This document shows positions 35,276 to 46,000 of a stretch of 64,000 nucleotides of DNA, one piece after another. The stretch comes from a virus, in the IMG/VR virus record IMGVR_UViG_3300023174_000062; one strand, given 5' to 3'. Position 1 is the first letter of the stretch. Every line of letters begins with the position of its first letter. Below the pieces are notes generated by a model, which worked only from the letters and a program-made list of their open reading frames with translations, did no database searches and was not told where the DNA came from. The position numbers and the translations under genes were made by a program.

Positions 35276-37093
35276 ATGGCCATAGACAATAATTTAAGAA
35301 TAGATGAACTTAATTTTGAAGGTATCAAAGATAACTTCAAAAGATACTTACAAGCACAGGATCAATTCAGAGATTATAACTTTGATGGCTCTGGTATGTC
35401 CGTTCTTTTGGACATGTTAGCATATAACACATACTACAATTCATTCTATCTTAACATGGTAGCGTCTGAGGCGTTTCTTACTACAGCACAAAAAAGAAAC
35501 TCTGTTGTAAATTTAGCGAACTCTTTAAACTATTTGCCTAGATCAACATCGTCTGCAACTATCACTGGAACGCTATTACTCAGCGTGACTGGATCGCCAG
35601 GAAGTGTTTCGGTTCCAGAATACACACAATTCAATGGTATCATTGATGGTGTCACATATCGATTCTCTAATGTTGAAGCAAAAACACTCTTCTCTAATTC
35701 TGGCGTTTTTTCTGACACAATCACACTAACAGAAGGTTCTTTAGTTGCAACACGATATACCGTAAATAGTGCTGATGCCGATCAAAGATTTTTGATTCCA
35801 AATACAAAAATAGACACAACAACAATAACTGTTACAGTTTTGAATTCTGCTGTTGACAGCACAACAAGAACTTTTACTAGGTCTACAAATTTAGTTGAAT
35901 TGACTTCAACTTCTCAAGTTTATTTCTTGCAAGAAGCAGAAGATGGCCAATACGAATTAAAATTCGGAGACGGAACATTTGGTAAGTCTTTAGACAACGG
36001 AAACATTGTTGTTATTCGATATCTTGTTTCGAATGGAAAACTTGGAAATGATATTTTAAATCTAACATTTGCAGATTCCATTACGGGTGTCACTGGCGCA
36101 GTATTTACTGCCAATGATCCAGCCGCAGGTGGAGATGATAGAGAATCTACAGCACAAATTAAATTCAATGCACCAAAGACATATGAAGCGCAGAATCGTG
36201 CAGTAACTGCTGAAGACTATAGAGCATTGTTACTGAGCCAAGCCACAGTTGAATCTGTTGTTGTTTGGGGTGGTGAAGACAATGATCCTCCAACATATGG
36301 TAAAGTGTTTATTGCTATCAAGCCAACAAGCGGTTCTGTGTTAACTGCTACTGAAAAATTAAACTTAGTAAACTCCGTTATCAAACCTAAAAAAGTTTTA
36401 ACAGTACAGACGGAAATTGTTGATCCAGAATATTTGTATATTACTGTTAATGCGACTGTAAAGTATGATGCAAAGAAAACATCAATATCATCGGACACAA
36501 TCTCTGGATTAGTTGTAGATACTATCACAGCATACAATCTTTCAGACATTAGTAAATTTGGAACATATTTTAGATATTCAAAACTATCAAGACTAATTGA
36601 TGTGTCAGAAAAATCAATTTTAAACAACGATACTGTAATAACAATCAAAAAAGAAATTGACGTTCAGTTAGGACAAGCCGTAAGATACGAAGTCGGCTTT
36701 TCAAATGCACTAGACGATACTACACGAAATAGGTCTACGACATACGCATATGGCGATGGAAATAAAATAACGTCCAACAGATTCACATATCTTGGATACG
36801 ATAACTGCTACTTAGAAGATAACGCAGGCCTATTAAGAATTTACAGATTGGAAGCAACTGGAAATATTGGCGTGTTAAATAATGCTGGTACTGTAAACTA
36901 TGATACAGGTAAAGTTGTCATAACAAACTTTGCGCCGTCTGCATTTTTTGACGGCACAAGTAAACTTAAATTAACTGCAACACCAAAGAACAAAGATATT
37001 TTGCCACTAAGAAATCAAATCTTAACAATAAGAGATACTGATATTTCAGTAACTATGGTTGACGATAACTCTATTAGTTTAGTTAGCAGATAA
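35276..37093 (+). CDS. gp6: baseplate wedge subunit
   Basis: DYNFDGSG..VLLDMLAYNT, FGDG, QNRAVTAEDY, WGGEDNDPPTYGKV. Confidence 0.95.
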   Translation: MAIDNNLRIDELNFEGIKDNFKRYLQAQDQFRDYNFDGSGMSVLLDMLAYNTYYNSFYLNMVASEAFLTTAQKRNSVVNLANSLNYLPRSTSSATITGTLLLSVTGSPGSVSVPEYTQFNGIIDGVTYRFSNVEAKTLFSNSGVFSDTITLTEGSLVATRYTVNSADADQRFLIPNTKIDTTTITVTVLNSAVDSTTRTFTRSTNLVELTSTSQVYFLQEAEDGQYELKFGDGTFGKSLDNGNIVVIRYLVSNGKLGNDILNLTFADSITGVTGAVFTANDPAAGGDDRESTAQIKFNAPKTYEAQNRAVTAEDYRALLLSQATVESVVVWGGEDNDPPTYGKVFIAIKPTSGSVLTATEKLNLVNSVIKPKKVLTVQTEIVDPEYLYITVNATVKYDAKKTSISSDTISGLVVDTITAYNLSDISKFGTYFRYSKLSRLIDVSEKSILNNDTVITIKKEIDVQLGQAVRYEVGFSNALDDTTRNRSTTYAYGDGNKITSNRFTYLGYDNCYLEDNAGLLRIYRLEATGNIGVLNNAGTVNYDTGKVVITNFAPSAFFDGTSKLKLTATPKNKDILPLRNQILTIRDTDISVTMVDDNSISLVSR

Positions 37094-37095
37094 AA

Positions 37096-40000
37096 ATGTC
37101 AGAATCTAAATTCAAGCCATCGTTTGGCGTAGAAACATTACTTTCCGGAGACCTGGCAACAGAATCCGAAAAGTTTTTGTTGTTTATGAAAGCATACTAT
37201 GAATGGATGCAAACAACAAAATTAGATGTTACAAATCAGACTGGCACCTTTGTTCGTGGTGAAACTATTATTGGTTCATCTGGCGCAACAGCAGTAATCA
37301 AACAAATCAATGGTAGTGAAATCATTGTACAAGTTGACACTAGACTACCATTCAGTATACACGAAGTAATTACAGGACAAACTTCAGCCGCAACGGCTGA
37401 GATATCTTTCGTTAAAGATAACGTTGTTCGTAAAACAGGAAAATTATTAGAGTATCGCAATGTAGAAACGTCTATCGACACATACATTGACTATTTGAAG
37501 GATGAATTATATCCTAGTATTCCAATAACGTACTATGGCGATAAGCGAGTAATTGCATCTAAGTTTAGAGAATTCTTTCAATCTAAGAGTAATGAAGATT
37601 CTTATCGATTTATTTTCAAGTTATTGTATGATGACAATATTGACTTTTACTATCCAGGAACTGATATTATTCGTGTCTCTTCTGGTAAGTTTGAAAAGAC
37701 GCAGGTCATTAGAACTGCCGCATCTGCATATGGATACAATGCGTTAGGTAATCTTTTCACTAGAGATATTTTCTTATTCTTAAATAAAACTATTCGTGGA
37801 AGAACTACGGGTTTTCTTGCGAACGTAGTAGACATTAAGAAATTCTTTATTGGATCCAGAGAAGTTGCTGAGATGACATTGAAACTTGTCAGCGGCTCGT
37901 TTGTTGGCGGTGAAGAGATTTTCGATATTACCGATGAGAATTTATTTACAAATCTTTTTGGCATTGTATCTCAAGTTAACGTTATTGATGGTGGTTCAGG
38001 ATACAGAGATGGTGACGTTATCACTATTTCTGGTGATGGTTCAGAAGCACAAGCAAAAGTTATTTCGATTAAAGAATCGCCAATTAGTGCGTTAAAAGTA
38101 AATACTCTTGGACATGGATATCAATTAAACACTTTTGCAACAGTAGACAATACTGATACTGGTGGTTCTGGATTCATTGTTCAAGTTACTGGAATTGCAA
38201 ATACATACGTAGTAACTTCAGGCGCAAACACATATACTGTTGGTGAAGTTTCAGAAGTTTCTGTTATCAACAGAGGTGAAGGTTACTTTAAGAAACCTGT
38301 CATCACATTACAAGACACTCCGATTGCGGCTCTAGGACTATTATCTGATAAATTAATTACGATAAGCAATGCTGGTTCTAACTATGGAGTTGGAAACACT
38401 TTAATCTTTACGGGTGGTTCTGGCGCAAATGCAGCCGGTCAAATTGCATCCGTTGTAGAGAGTACAACATTCGATTTGCTATTTGAAGATGGTCAACGAA
38501 TGACTGCTGACGGCAGTTATTACGACATTGTTAAAAATGAAGATTGGTCAGTAAAGGGTCCAATCAAGCGTATTGAGTTAACTAATTTTGGTACTGGATA
38601 TCAAACTGGTAATCTACCAACAATCACAATCAATACGACAACTGGTGCTGGCGCTAGTCTAATTGCAACAAACGTTCAAGGTAAAAGCGCAAACGTTACT
38701 GTAGACACATCAAACAACATTACTGGTATCGGTTCGATTCGTGCTGTTGAAGTTACAAATTTTGGTATCAACTATACTACAGCAAGTGCCTTTGCAAATA
38801 CATTGGGCGATGGCAATGCAGTATTGAGTCCTGTTGTTTCTGGTCTTGGTGTCAGAGAAGGTATTTGGTTAGATGATGAAGGTAAAGTTGATTACAAAGT
38901 TATTCAAGACTCATACTACTATCAAGATTACTCTTATGTTATTAAGAGTGGTTTAACATTCCAAACATACGCAGACACACTAAAACAAATTGTTCACCCT
39001 GCCGGTTTACAATTCTTCGGTGAGATTCAGATTCTTAATGAAATGGATCTTCATTCCGATTTGGTATCTCAACTACAGAAATACAGAATTGCGTTTGCTG
39101 GTTTAGCGATATCTGTTGGTATCACACACGTAGATTCACACATCAGATGGAAGTTCATAATTGAAGAGCCTCCAATGAATACTGTGACGGCTAAAGCAGA
39201 TGGAAGAATGACTCTATTTGCCGGACCTTCTACTACAAATGCACAAATTGAATACACGAAGTTGGCATTGCAGTATTTGATAAATGGTACAAACAATGTA
39301 ACTATAGACAATTCTTCTAATGCGATAACAGAAGAATTGAGCATCACACGTCCGCCATCAGTAGTAAATCTGTATCGTAGAAATATGACAGATTTGGAGT
39401 TGGGCGAATTGTCTGCATCTACGCTGAATGGCATAATTCCTCAGAGTATCTATGAAGGATCACAAAGAGCGTACAGTAATTCGAATTTTAATTCGATATA
39501 TTCAAACTACGCTAGATTCTATCAAGAAACAATAAAGAAGTTGCGTACTGTACCAACTACGTCAGTATCAACGCCTGATGCACATGAATATAAATTAGTT
39601 AACCATGCTAAACGCATTAAGCAGGTACAAGAAGTTGTTATAGACGATTGGCAAAATTTAACTTTATCTTCTAGACAGAATACAAATTTTGAATTTGTTT
39701 TAGTTACACCAGAAAGTTTAGTTGATGCAAATACAACTATATCTGTCGTTGGGTCTGGTGCAAAAGCATCCTCAAAATTTACAAACAAATATTCAACAAT
39801 TGGACTTCACAGAGTTCAATTTCAAGATTTATTAGTTGGTGAAGCACAAGATCAAAAATTTAGTGACTATACTCTACAAAGCGTATACGAAGGCACACCA
39901 ATCACTAATGGTAATTCTACTGTTGAAGATATCTATGTAAACTATCAAAGAACATTTACTAGAGCAATTAAAACGTTTAGTCCTGGTTTAGCAGTAGCGA

Positions 40001-41595
40001 CATTAAATTCCAATCAAGAATATAAATTAGTCAATCATGCAAGGCGTTTAAAACAAGTTCAAGAGGTAATTCTAGACGATTGGCAAAACTTAACTCTGTC
40101 TTCAAGACAAAACATCACACTTGATTTCTTCTTGATATCTGGAGATGGTTCGACTGATGCAAACGTACCAGTTGACGTTGTTTCATCTGCCATTAATACT
40201 GCCAAGAAAGATACAAGCAAAAACGCTACAATCGGAATTCACAGAATAATATTCCAAGACTTGGCTGTTGGTGAAGCACAGGATAGAAAATTAACAGACT
40301 ACACATTACAGAGTATATACGAAGGCACACCAGTAGATAATCAAAGTCGTACATTCGAAGATATCTACATAAATTATCAAAGAACATACACTAGAGCAAT
40401 AAAGACATTTAGTGCTGGTTTGGCAGTAACAACATTAAATTCCAATCAAGAATATAAACTAGTTAATCACGCAAAGCGTTTGATTCGTTATCAAGAAAAG
40501 TTCTTGGATGAATATGCTAATGTTCAAATTTCATTCGTTGGAACTAATACATTAGAAGAATCTCTGTTGAAGCCAGAAGACTTGGCTGATATGCATTTGA
40601 ATGTGACTACAGTTGCCGCTAATAACTATACATTGAAAGTTAATACAAGTACCAATATTACTCCGTTGTATAAGAGAATATTGCAAGATGTATCGTTAGC
40701 CGAAGTTGCTGATAAAAAACTTACTGCATTGTTACCACAAAGTGAGTATGAAGCAACATCACCAACGTTTGATATTTCTAACTTTGGTTCATTGTATTCT
40801 AACTTGCCAAGTGTAAAAGGCGAGTTGATTAAGACTAGAATCACTCAACCTACTGAAATTTTTGCCGTTACTTCAAATACCGCAATTGTTATACCGTTTG
40901 AAGGAAATGGTTTTAAATATACAGTATATGACGAGGAAGTTATTTCAGGATATGGTGCATCACCAATTTCATCATTAGAAGAAATTCAATTTGATACATA
41001 CAAAAATACAGTATACGACAAGACAATTAAAGCATCTCCATCTCCGCTTGCAAGTGGTCAATCCAATCCTTGGGGACGAAGAGGCAGAACAAATCCTACC
41101 GATGTGTTCCGAGATGAAATTATTGTTAAATCACAGAGTGTTCCTTCTGCATATGCAACAACATATGGTGACGTAAGACTTTTAACTATTCCAAATTTGA
41201 CGTTCAATGATATTATTCCTGGAACTCAAGACATTATCAGCATACAATATTTTGATAAAACATATCCTCAGGCGCCAATAACTTCAGGAACATATATACA
41301 GTATCAAAAGGCTAGTGGTACAGTAGCATCTAGCACTTCATTGTACTATGATTTACCTATGTCAATTTACGAGTTAACGCCAGTGTCTTTTGTATATGAT
41401 ACAGAACTTTCACGCACGGCATCATTGATTACTGGTACAGGTACAAATTTTGTATCGGACTTTAGTATAGGTAGCGCATTTGTTGCAAATAATGAGTATT
41501 TTGCGACTGAGAGTGTAGCAAATACGACATTTATGGTTGCCGACAGGCTTCCAATAAATCCGTTTAGTGGAGTTAGTGCATACAAAATGATATAA
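37096..41595 (+). CDS. baseplate wedge initiator (gp7-like) with a long repetitive C-terminal extension
   Basis: FMKAYYEW, SKSNEDSYRFIFKLLY, IQDSYYYQDYSYVIKS, VHPAG; lies between gp6 and gp8. Confidence 0.8.
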   Translation: MSESKFKPSFGVETLLSGDLATESEKFLLFMKAYYEWMQTTKLDVTNQTGTFVRGETIIGSSGATAVIKQINGSEIIVQVDTRLPFSIHEVITGQTSAATAEISFVKDNVVRKTGKLLEYRNVETSIDTYIDYLKDELYPSIPITYYGDKRVIASKFREFFQSKSNEDSYRFIFKLLYDDNIDFYYPGTDIIRVSSGKFEKTQVIRTAASAYGYNALGNLFTRDIFLFLNKTIRGRTTGFLANVVDIKKFFIGSREVAEMTLKLVSGSFVGGEEIFDITDENLFTNLFGIVSQVNVIDGGSGYRDGDVITISGDGSEAQAKVISIKESPISALKVNTLGHGYQLNTFATVDNTDTGGSGFIVQVTGIANTYVVTSGANTYTVGEVSEVSVINRGEGYFKKPVITLQDTPIAALGLLSDKLITISNAGSNYGVGNTLIFTGGSGANAAGQIASVVESTTFDLLFEDGQRMTADGSYYDIVKNEDWSVKGPIKRIELTNFGTGYQTGNLPTITINTTTGAGASLIATNVQGKSANVTVDTSNNITGIGSIRAVEVTNFGINYTTASAFANTLGDGNAVLSPVVSGLGVREGIWLDDEGKVDYKVIQDSYYYQDYSYVIKSGLTFQTYADTLKQIVHPAGLQFFGEIQILNEMDLHSDLVSQLQKYRIAFAGLAISVGITHVDSHIRWKFIIEEPPMNTVTAKADGRMTLFAGPSTTNAQIEYTKLALQYLINGTNNVTIDNSSNAITEELSITRPPSVVNLYRRNMTDLELGELSASTLNGIIPQSIYEGSQRAYSNSNFNSIYSNYARFYQETIKKLRTVPTTSVSTPDAHEYKLVNHAKRIKQVQEVVIDDWQNLTLSSRQNTNFEFVLVTPESLVDANTTISVVGSGAKASSKFTNKYSTIGLHRVQFQDLLVGEAQDQKFSDYTLQSVYEGTPITNGNSTVEDIYVNYQRTFTRAIKTFSPGLAVATLNSNQEYKLVNHARRLKQVQEVILDDWQNLTLSSRQNITLDFFLISGDGSTDANVPVDVVSSAINTAKKDTSKNATIGIHRIIFQDLAVGEAQDRKLTDYTLQSIYEGTPVDNQSRTFEDIYINYQRTYTRAIKTFSAGLAVTTLNSNQEYKLVNHAKRLIRYQEKFLDEYANVQISFVGTNTLEESLLKPEDLADMHLNVTTVAANNYTLKVNTSTNITPLYKRILQDVSLAEVADKKLTALLPQSEYEATSPTFDISNFGSLYSNLPSVKGELIKTRITQPTEIFAVTSNTAIVIPFEGNGFKYTVYDEEVISGYGASPISSLEEIQFDTYKNTVYDKTIKASPSPLASGQSNPWGRRGRTNPTDVFRDEIIVKSQSVPSAYATTYGDVRLLTIPNLTFNDIIPGTQDIISIQYFDKTYPQAPITSGTYIQYQKASGTVASSTSLYYDLPMSIYELTPVSFVYDTELSRTASLITGTGTNFVSDFSIGSAFVANNEYFATESVANTTFMVADRLPINPFSGVSAYKMI
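39370..40840 (+). repeat. degenerate ~432-nt (144-aa) in-frame tandem repeats in the gp7-like gene
   Basis: EYKLVNHA at 39586, 40018, 40450; QS.YE at 39442, 39877, 40309, 40738; boundaries approximate. Confidence 0.9.
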
Positions 41596-41656
41596 AAATA
41601 TCAAACTAAATATGTCACTATCACCAAACAAATTAACAAATTACAGAAAAATCTTG

Positions 41657-41664
41657 TATAAATA
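41657..41664 (+). promoter_or_regulatory. T4-type late promoter
   Basis: TATAAATA upstream of gp8. Confidence 0.85.
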
Positions 41665-41713
41665 AGTGAATGAAAAACAACTTTAAATACAGTATTCAAA
41701 AGGAGAAAACCCC

Positions 41714-42994
41714 ATGGCATCAATCGTAACTAGCAAATTCAGAATTCACAATGCACAGCAGTTTGCAGAAGCATTCTCTGAAACATCAAATACCATCATG
41801 TATTTGTTCATTGGTAAAAACACAACTTTTCCCGATGATAACAACCCACCAACTCCAGTAAACTCTACTGCAAACATTGAATATACGCCATGGCGTGACA
41901 TGTATGCGGTTAAACGTATCAATGCGGCTGACGTAACACACGCAATCCCACGTTACGATTGGACTTCTGGTACAGTTTATGTTTACTATGATGACACAGA
42001 CACAAACTTGATCGAATCAGATAACTTCTATGTTATGACAGACGATTATAACGTTTACAAGTGTTTGTGGAATGCAACAAATAGCGCATCAACTACAAAG
42101 CCAACAGGAACAAGCACATCACCATTCACGACAGCAGACGGATACGTTTGGAAATACATGTATACAGTTACAACTGCTAAAGCGTTGAAATTCGTTACTA
42201 ACAGTTACATTCCAGTTCAGACATTAGATTCTGACGATGGTACGAATCAATGGGGTGTTCAAACAGCCGCTATCGATGGTGGTGTTCACGTTGTTAAAGT
42301 AACAGCAGGTGGTTCAGCCTATGGTTCAGCGCCAGCAGTTACAATTACTGGTGACGGTACTGGTGCTACTGCTAACTCAACAATTACTGCTGGTGCAGTT
42401 ACAGCAGTTACAATTACAAATCCTGGTACAGGCTACACAAGAGCATCTGTTACATTCGCTTCTGGTGCCGCAGCCGCTACAGCAATCATTTCTCCAAAGT
42501 ATGGCCATGGTGCTAATGCTGTTGAAGAACTTGGTGGTAAGTACATCATGTTGAACGTTCGTTTAGATGGTACTGAATCTAATACATTCTCTACTGCTAA
42601 CGAATTCCGTCAAGTTGGTATCATTCGTGATCCATTCTTGTATGGTACATCTACAAGAGCGATTGCCGCATCCTACAGACAGTCTTACAAATATCAGATG
42701 ACTGGTATTTCTGGAACATTCTCTGCTGACGAAACAGTAACGAGCGGTTCTAACACAGCATCTGTTATTGAGTGGACTACACCAAACTTGTACACAACTT
42801 TGCCAGTACACAAGGCATTTGCTAATAGCGCATCTGTAACTGGTGGTACATCTGGTGCTACAGGTACTATTCAAGTCATTACGACTCCAGGCTTACAGCC
42901 ATACACAGGCGACATTATCTATGTTGAAAATCGTGTGCCAATCTCTAGAGCGGCCGACCAAATTGAAGACGTTAAACTAATTATTCAATTCTAA
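41714..42994 (+). CDS. gp8: baseplate wedge subunit
   Basis: FYVMTDDYNVYKCL, DGYVWKYMY, GHGANAVEELG, FRQVGII, GDIIYVENR, QIEDVKLIIQF. Confidence 0.92.
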   Translation: MASIVTSKFRIHNAQQFAEAFSETSNTIMYLFIGKNTTFPDDNNPPTPVNSTANIEYTPWRDMYAVKRINAADVTHAIPRYDWTSGTVYVYYDDTDTNLIESDNFYVMTDDYNVYKCLWNATNSASTTKPTGTSTSPFTTADGYVWKYMYTVTTAKALKFVTNSYIPVQTLDSDDGTNQWGVQTAAIDGGVHVVKVTAGGSAYGSAPAVTITGDGTGATANSTITAGAVTAVTITNPGTGYTRASVTFASGAAAATAIISPKYGHGANAVEELGGKYIMLNVRLDGTESNTFSTANEFRQVGIIRDPFLYGTSTRAIAASYRQSYKYQMTGISGTFSADETVTSGSNTASVIEWTTPNLYTTLPVHKAFANSASVTGGTSGATGTIQVITTPGLQPYTGDIIYVENRVPISRAADQIEDVKLIIQF

Positions 42995-43024
42995 TTGCAA
43001 CATAAGAAAACGGGTTTGAACTAA

Positions 43025-46000
43025 ATGGCAAATACCAATCCTGGTGGAGTAGATTTAAACACCAGTCCATATTTTGATGATTATAATGAGGATAAAAAGT
43101 TTGTAAGAGTTCTCTATCGTCCTGGACGTGCTGTTCAGGCTAGAGAACTTACACAAGCCCAAACTCTTCAACAAGTGCAGACTAAGCGTTTTGCTGAATA
43201 TTTTTTCAAGCAAGGTGCATTAGTCGATGGGTGCGAACAAACTTTAGACTTAAACTTAAATTTCGTAAAACTGCAACCAACCTACAATGGTAGTACGGTT
43301 GCAGTTGCGAATTTATTAAGTAAAATTGTCTATGGTGCAAACAGCGGTATCAAAGCATACTGTGGAGTAGTTACCGACATTGACGGTAATGATCCTAAGA
43401 CTCTATTTGTAAGTTACATCACAAACGGAACTCAGGTTCTCACAGTAAACGTTGCTCCATCTATATTGGTATCGGGAAATAAAATTACCCTTGCGAGTGG
43501 AAATACTGGAACAATTGAATCTTGGTATACAGACCCAATTTCTGGCTTAAATAAAATCTTCGTTGCAAATACACGAGGAACGTTAACTGCTACAACAGCA
43601 AACACAACATTAAGCACTGGTGCAAATCAAGTGCTTAATATTACTAATGTTGCAGATTTTACTGCAAATAACACATTCGCAAACTCAGAAACAATCTTTA
43701 CATCTGACATAACTGGAAGAAGTTATGCACTTGCGGCCGCACAGAATGCAACAAGAAACATTGTAGATCAAGGCCTTGCAACAGAAAAGATTTATAATTA
43801 CGGATCCAAAATAACTGTTGCTGAAGGTGTAGTTTACACCGCAGATCATTTTGTTAAACATACAGCACAAACAATTATTCTCGACAAGTATTCAAACGAA
43901 CCATCATATAAAGTTGGTATCGTACCAAGTAGATCATTCATTGATTACATTGAAGATCAAACACTTGTTGACAATGCACAAGGTACACCAAACTATCAAG
44001 CACCAGGTGCTGATAGATTGAAAATTGAAACTACTTTAACTAAAGTTGCAGTAGATGCTGTTACTGATGAAAATGAATTCATCACAGTAACTGAAATCGA
44101 AAACGGTATCGCAAGAAAAAGAAAAACTATTAGCGTTGATAGCAAACTAGAAGATGCTATGGCTAAACGCACAGAGGAAGAATCTGGCAATTATACATTA
44201 TCTGATCCTGTTGTTGTTGTCCGTGAGCATTTATTGAATGGAACCAATGGCGGTAGGTATTCTACTGAAGAAGCCGGAAATTCAAATCTATTGCTAGTTG
44301 AAGTTGATCCATTTACAGCATATGTTTCTGGTTACAGAAATCAAATCATTGCAAAAACTTCAATTCAAGTTGAAAAAGGTCTTAACACATCATATGTGCA
44401 AGAAACAAAGACTCAGATCAACTATGGACAATACATTGAAGTAAATGAACTTGTTGGTGCATGGGACATTATGGAATCAACACCAGTTGATCTCTACGAC
44501 ACTCCACAAAAAGTTATTACAAACCTAGCATATTCAACAGCAACAGTTGCTGGTAGTGCTATTGGTACTGCAAAAGTACGTTCGATTGAATACGTTGATG
44601 GTCTGAAAGGCACATCATCTGCAAAGTATAAGTTATATTTGTATGAAATTGTTATGAACACAGGTAAAAACTTTTCTGACGTTCGTGCAGTTTATGACTC
44701 AGCAACTCCTAAACGTTTTGCCGATATCATTACAACTACAGCAGGTGCAGTCTTAAAAGAAACATCATTCAATACGATGATTTTTCCATTGCCGTATCAA
44801 GCAATTAAAACAATTCGTGACTCAGCACAAAACGTTAAGACAGCGTTTACATTCAAAAAGAAATTCACGGTTTCATTCTCATCTGGTGTTGCTACTGTTG
44901 CTACTGACGTTGTTACAGAAACATTCGTTGGTACTGGAGTATTAAGTGATACTCAAAAGAATGATAACTACATGGTTGTTGTTAACAATGGTGGCGCAAA
45001 CGTAGAGACTTCTGCATTGACTGGTACCGTTACTGTGGGTGCTGGCTCCAATACAGTTATTGGTTCCGCAACAACATTCCTCAGTCAAGTTAACGTTGGC
45101 GATTTAATTAAAATTAATAGCCTAACAAGACAGATTTCTGCTATTGCAAATAACACATATTTGACACTTTCATCAGTACATACTGGTGCGACTGCAAACA
45201 CATTCACCAAGATAATTCCAACCGGAACAGTTATACCTATGGGCGCCCAAGGCGGCAAAGGAAGTTCTAGAACAATTACAGTTTCTTCTCCTGGTACTGT
45301 AGCAATTGACGTTCAAGAAAATGCTACGTTTACTGCTGAAATTATTGTGTCTATGGACAGAACAAGCGCAAGAGAAAAAGTTAAAACGTTGAATTATTCA
45401 ACGACTGCGAATATTCAACCAAATACACATCCTAGTGGAATATCTGGACCATTCGGCTTAGGCTATGGTGACGTATATCAATTACGTGCTGTTTATCAAT
45501 CAGCAAACATGGCTTCACCTGCTACAACAAGCAGTACTAATGTAACTCAGTACTATACGTTAGACAATGGACAGCGTGATTACTCATATGAACATGCAAC
45601 AATTAAACCTGCGACAGGTTATGTTCCAACAGGAAGATTGTTAGCGGTATTTGATAACTTCACCCACGATACTTCTCAGGGTGTTGGTTATGCATCTGTA
45701 GATTCTTATCCAATCAATGATAGCACAACATCAAATACAACAATCACGACTGCTAGTGTTCCGACATTTACAAGTCCAAATTCAAAAGTAGTATATAATT
45801 TACGTGATTGTATTGACTTCAGACCAATTAAGACTGCAAACACATCTTTGAATCCTATTGATGTTGGCACATATCAAATTCCAACATTTGGACTTCGTAT
45901 TCCAGAATCAGGTACAAACTTTGATGCAGATTTAATTTTCTACAAAGGTAGAGTTTCTAAAGTCTTCATTAGCAGTAGCGGTTTGTTCGGTATCAATGAT

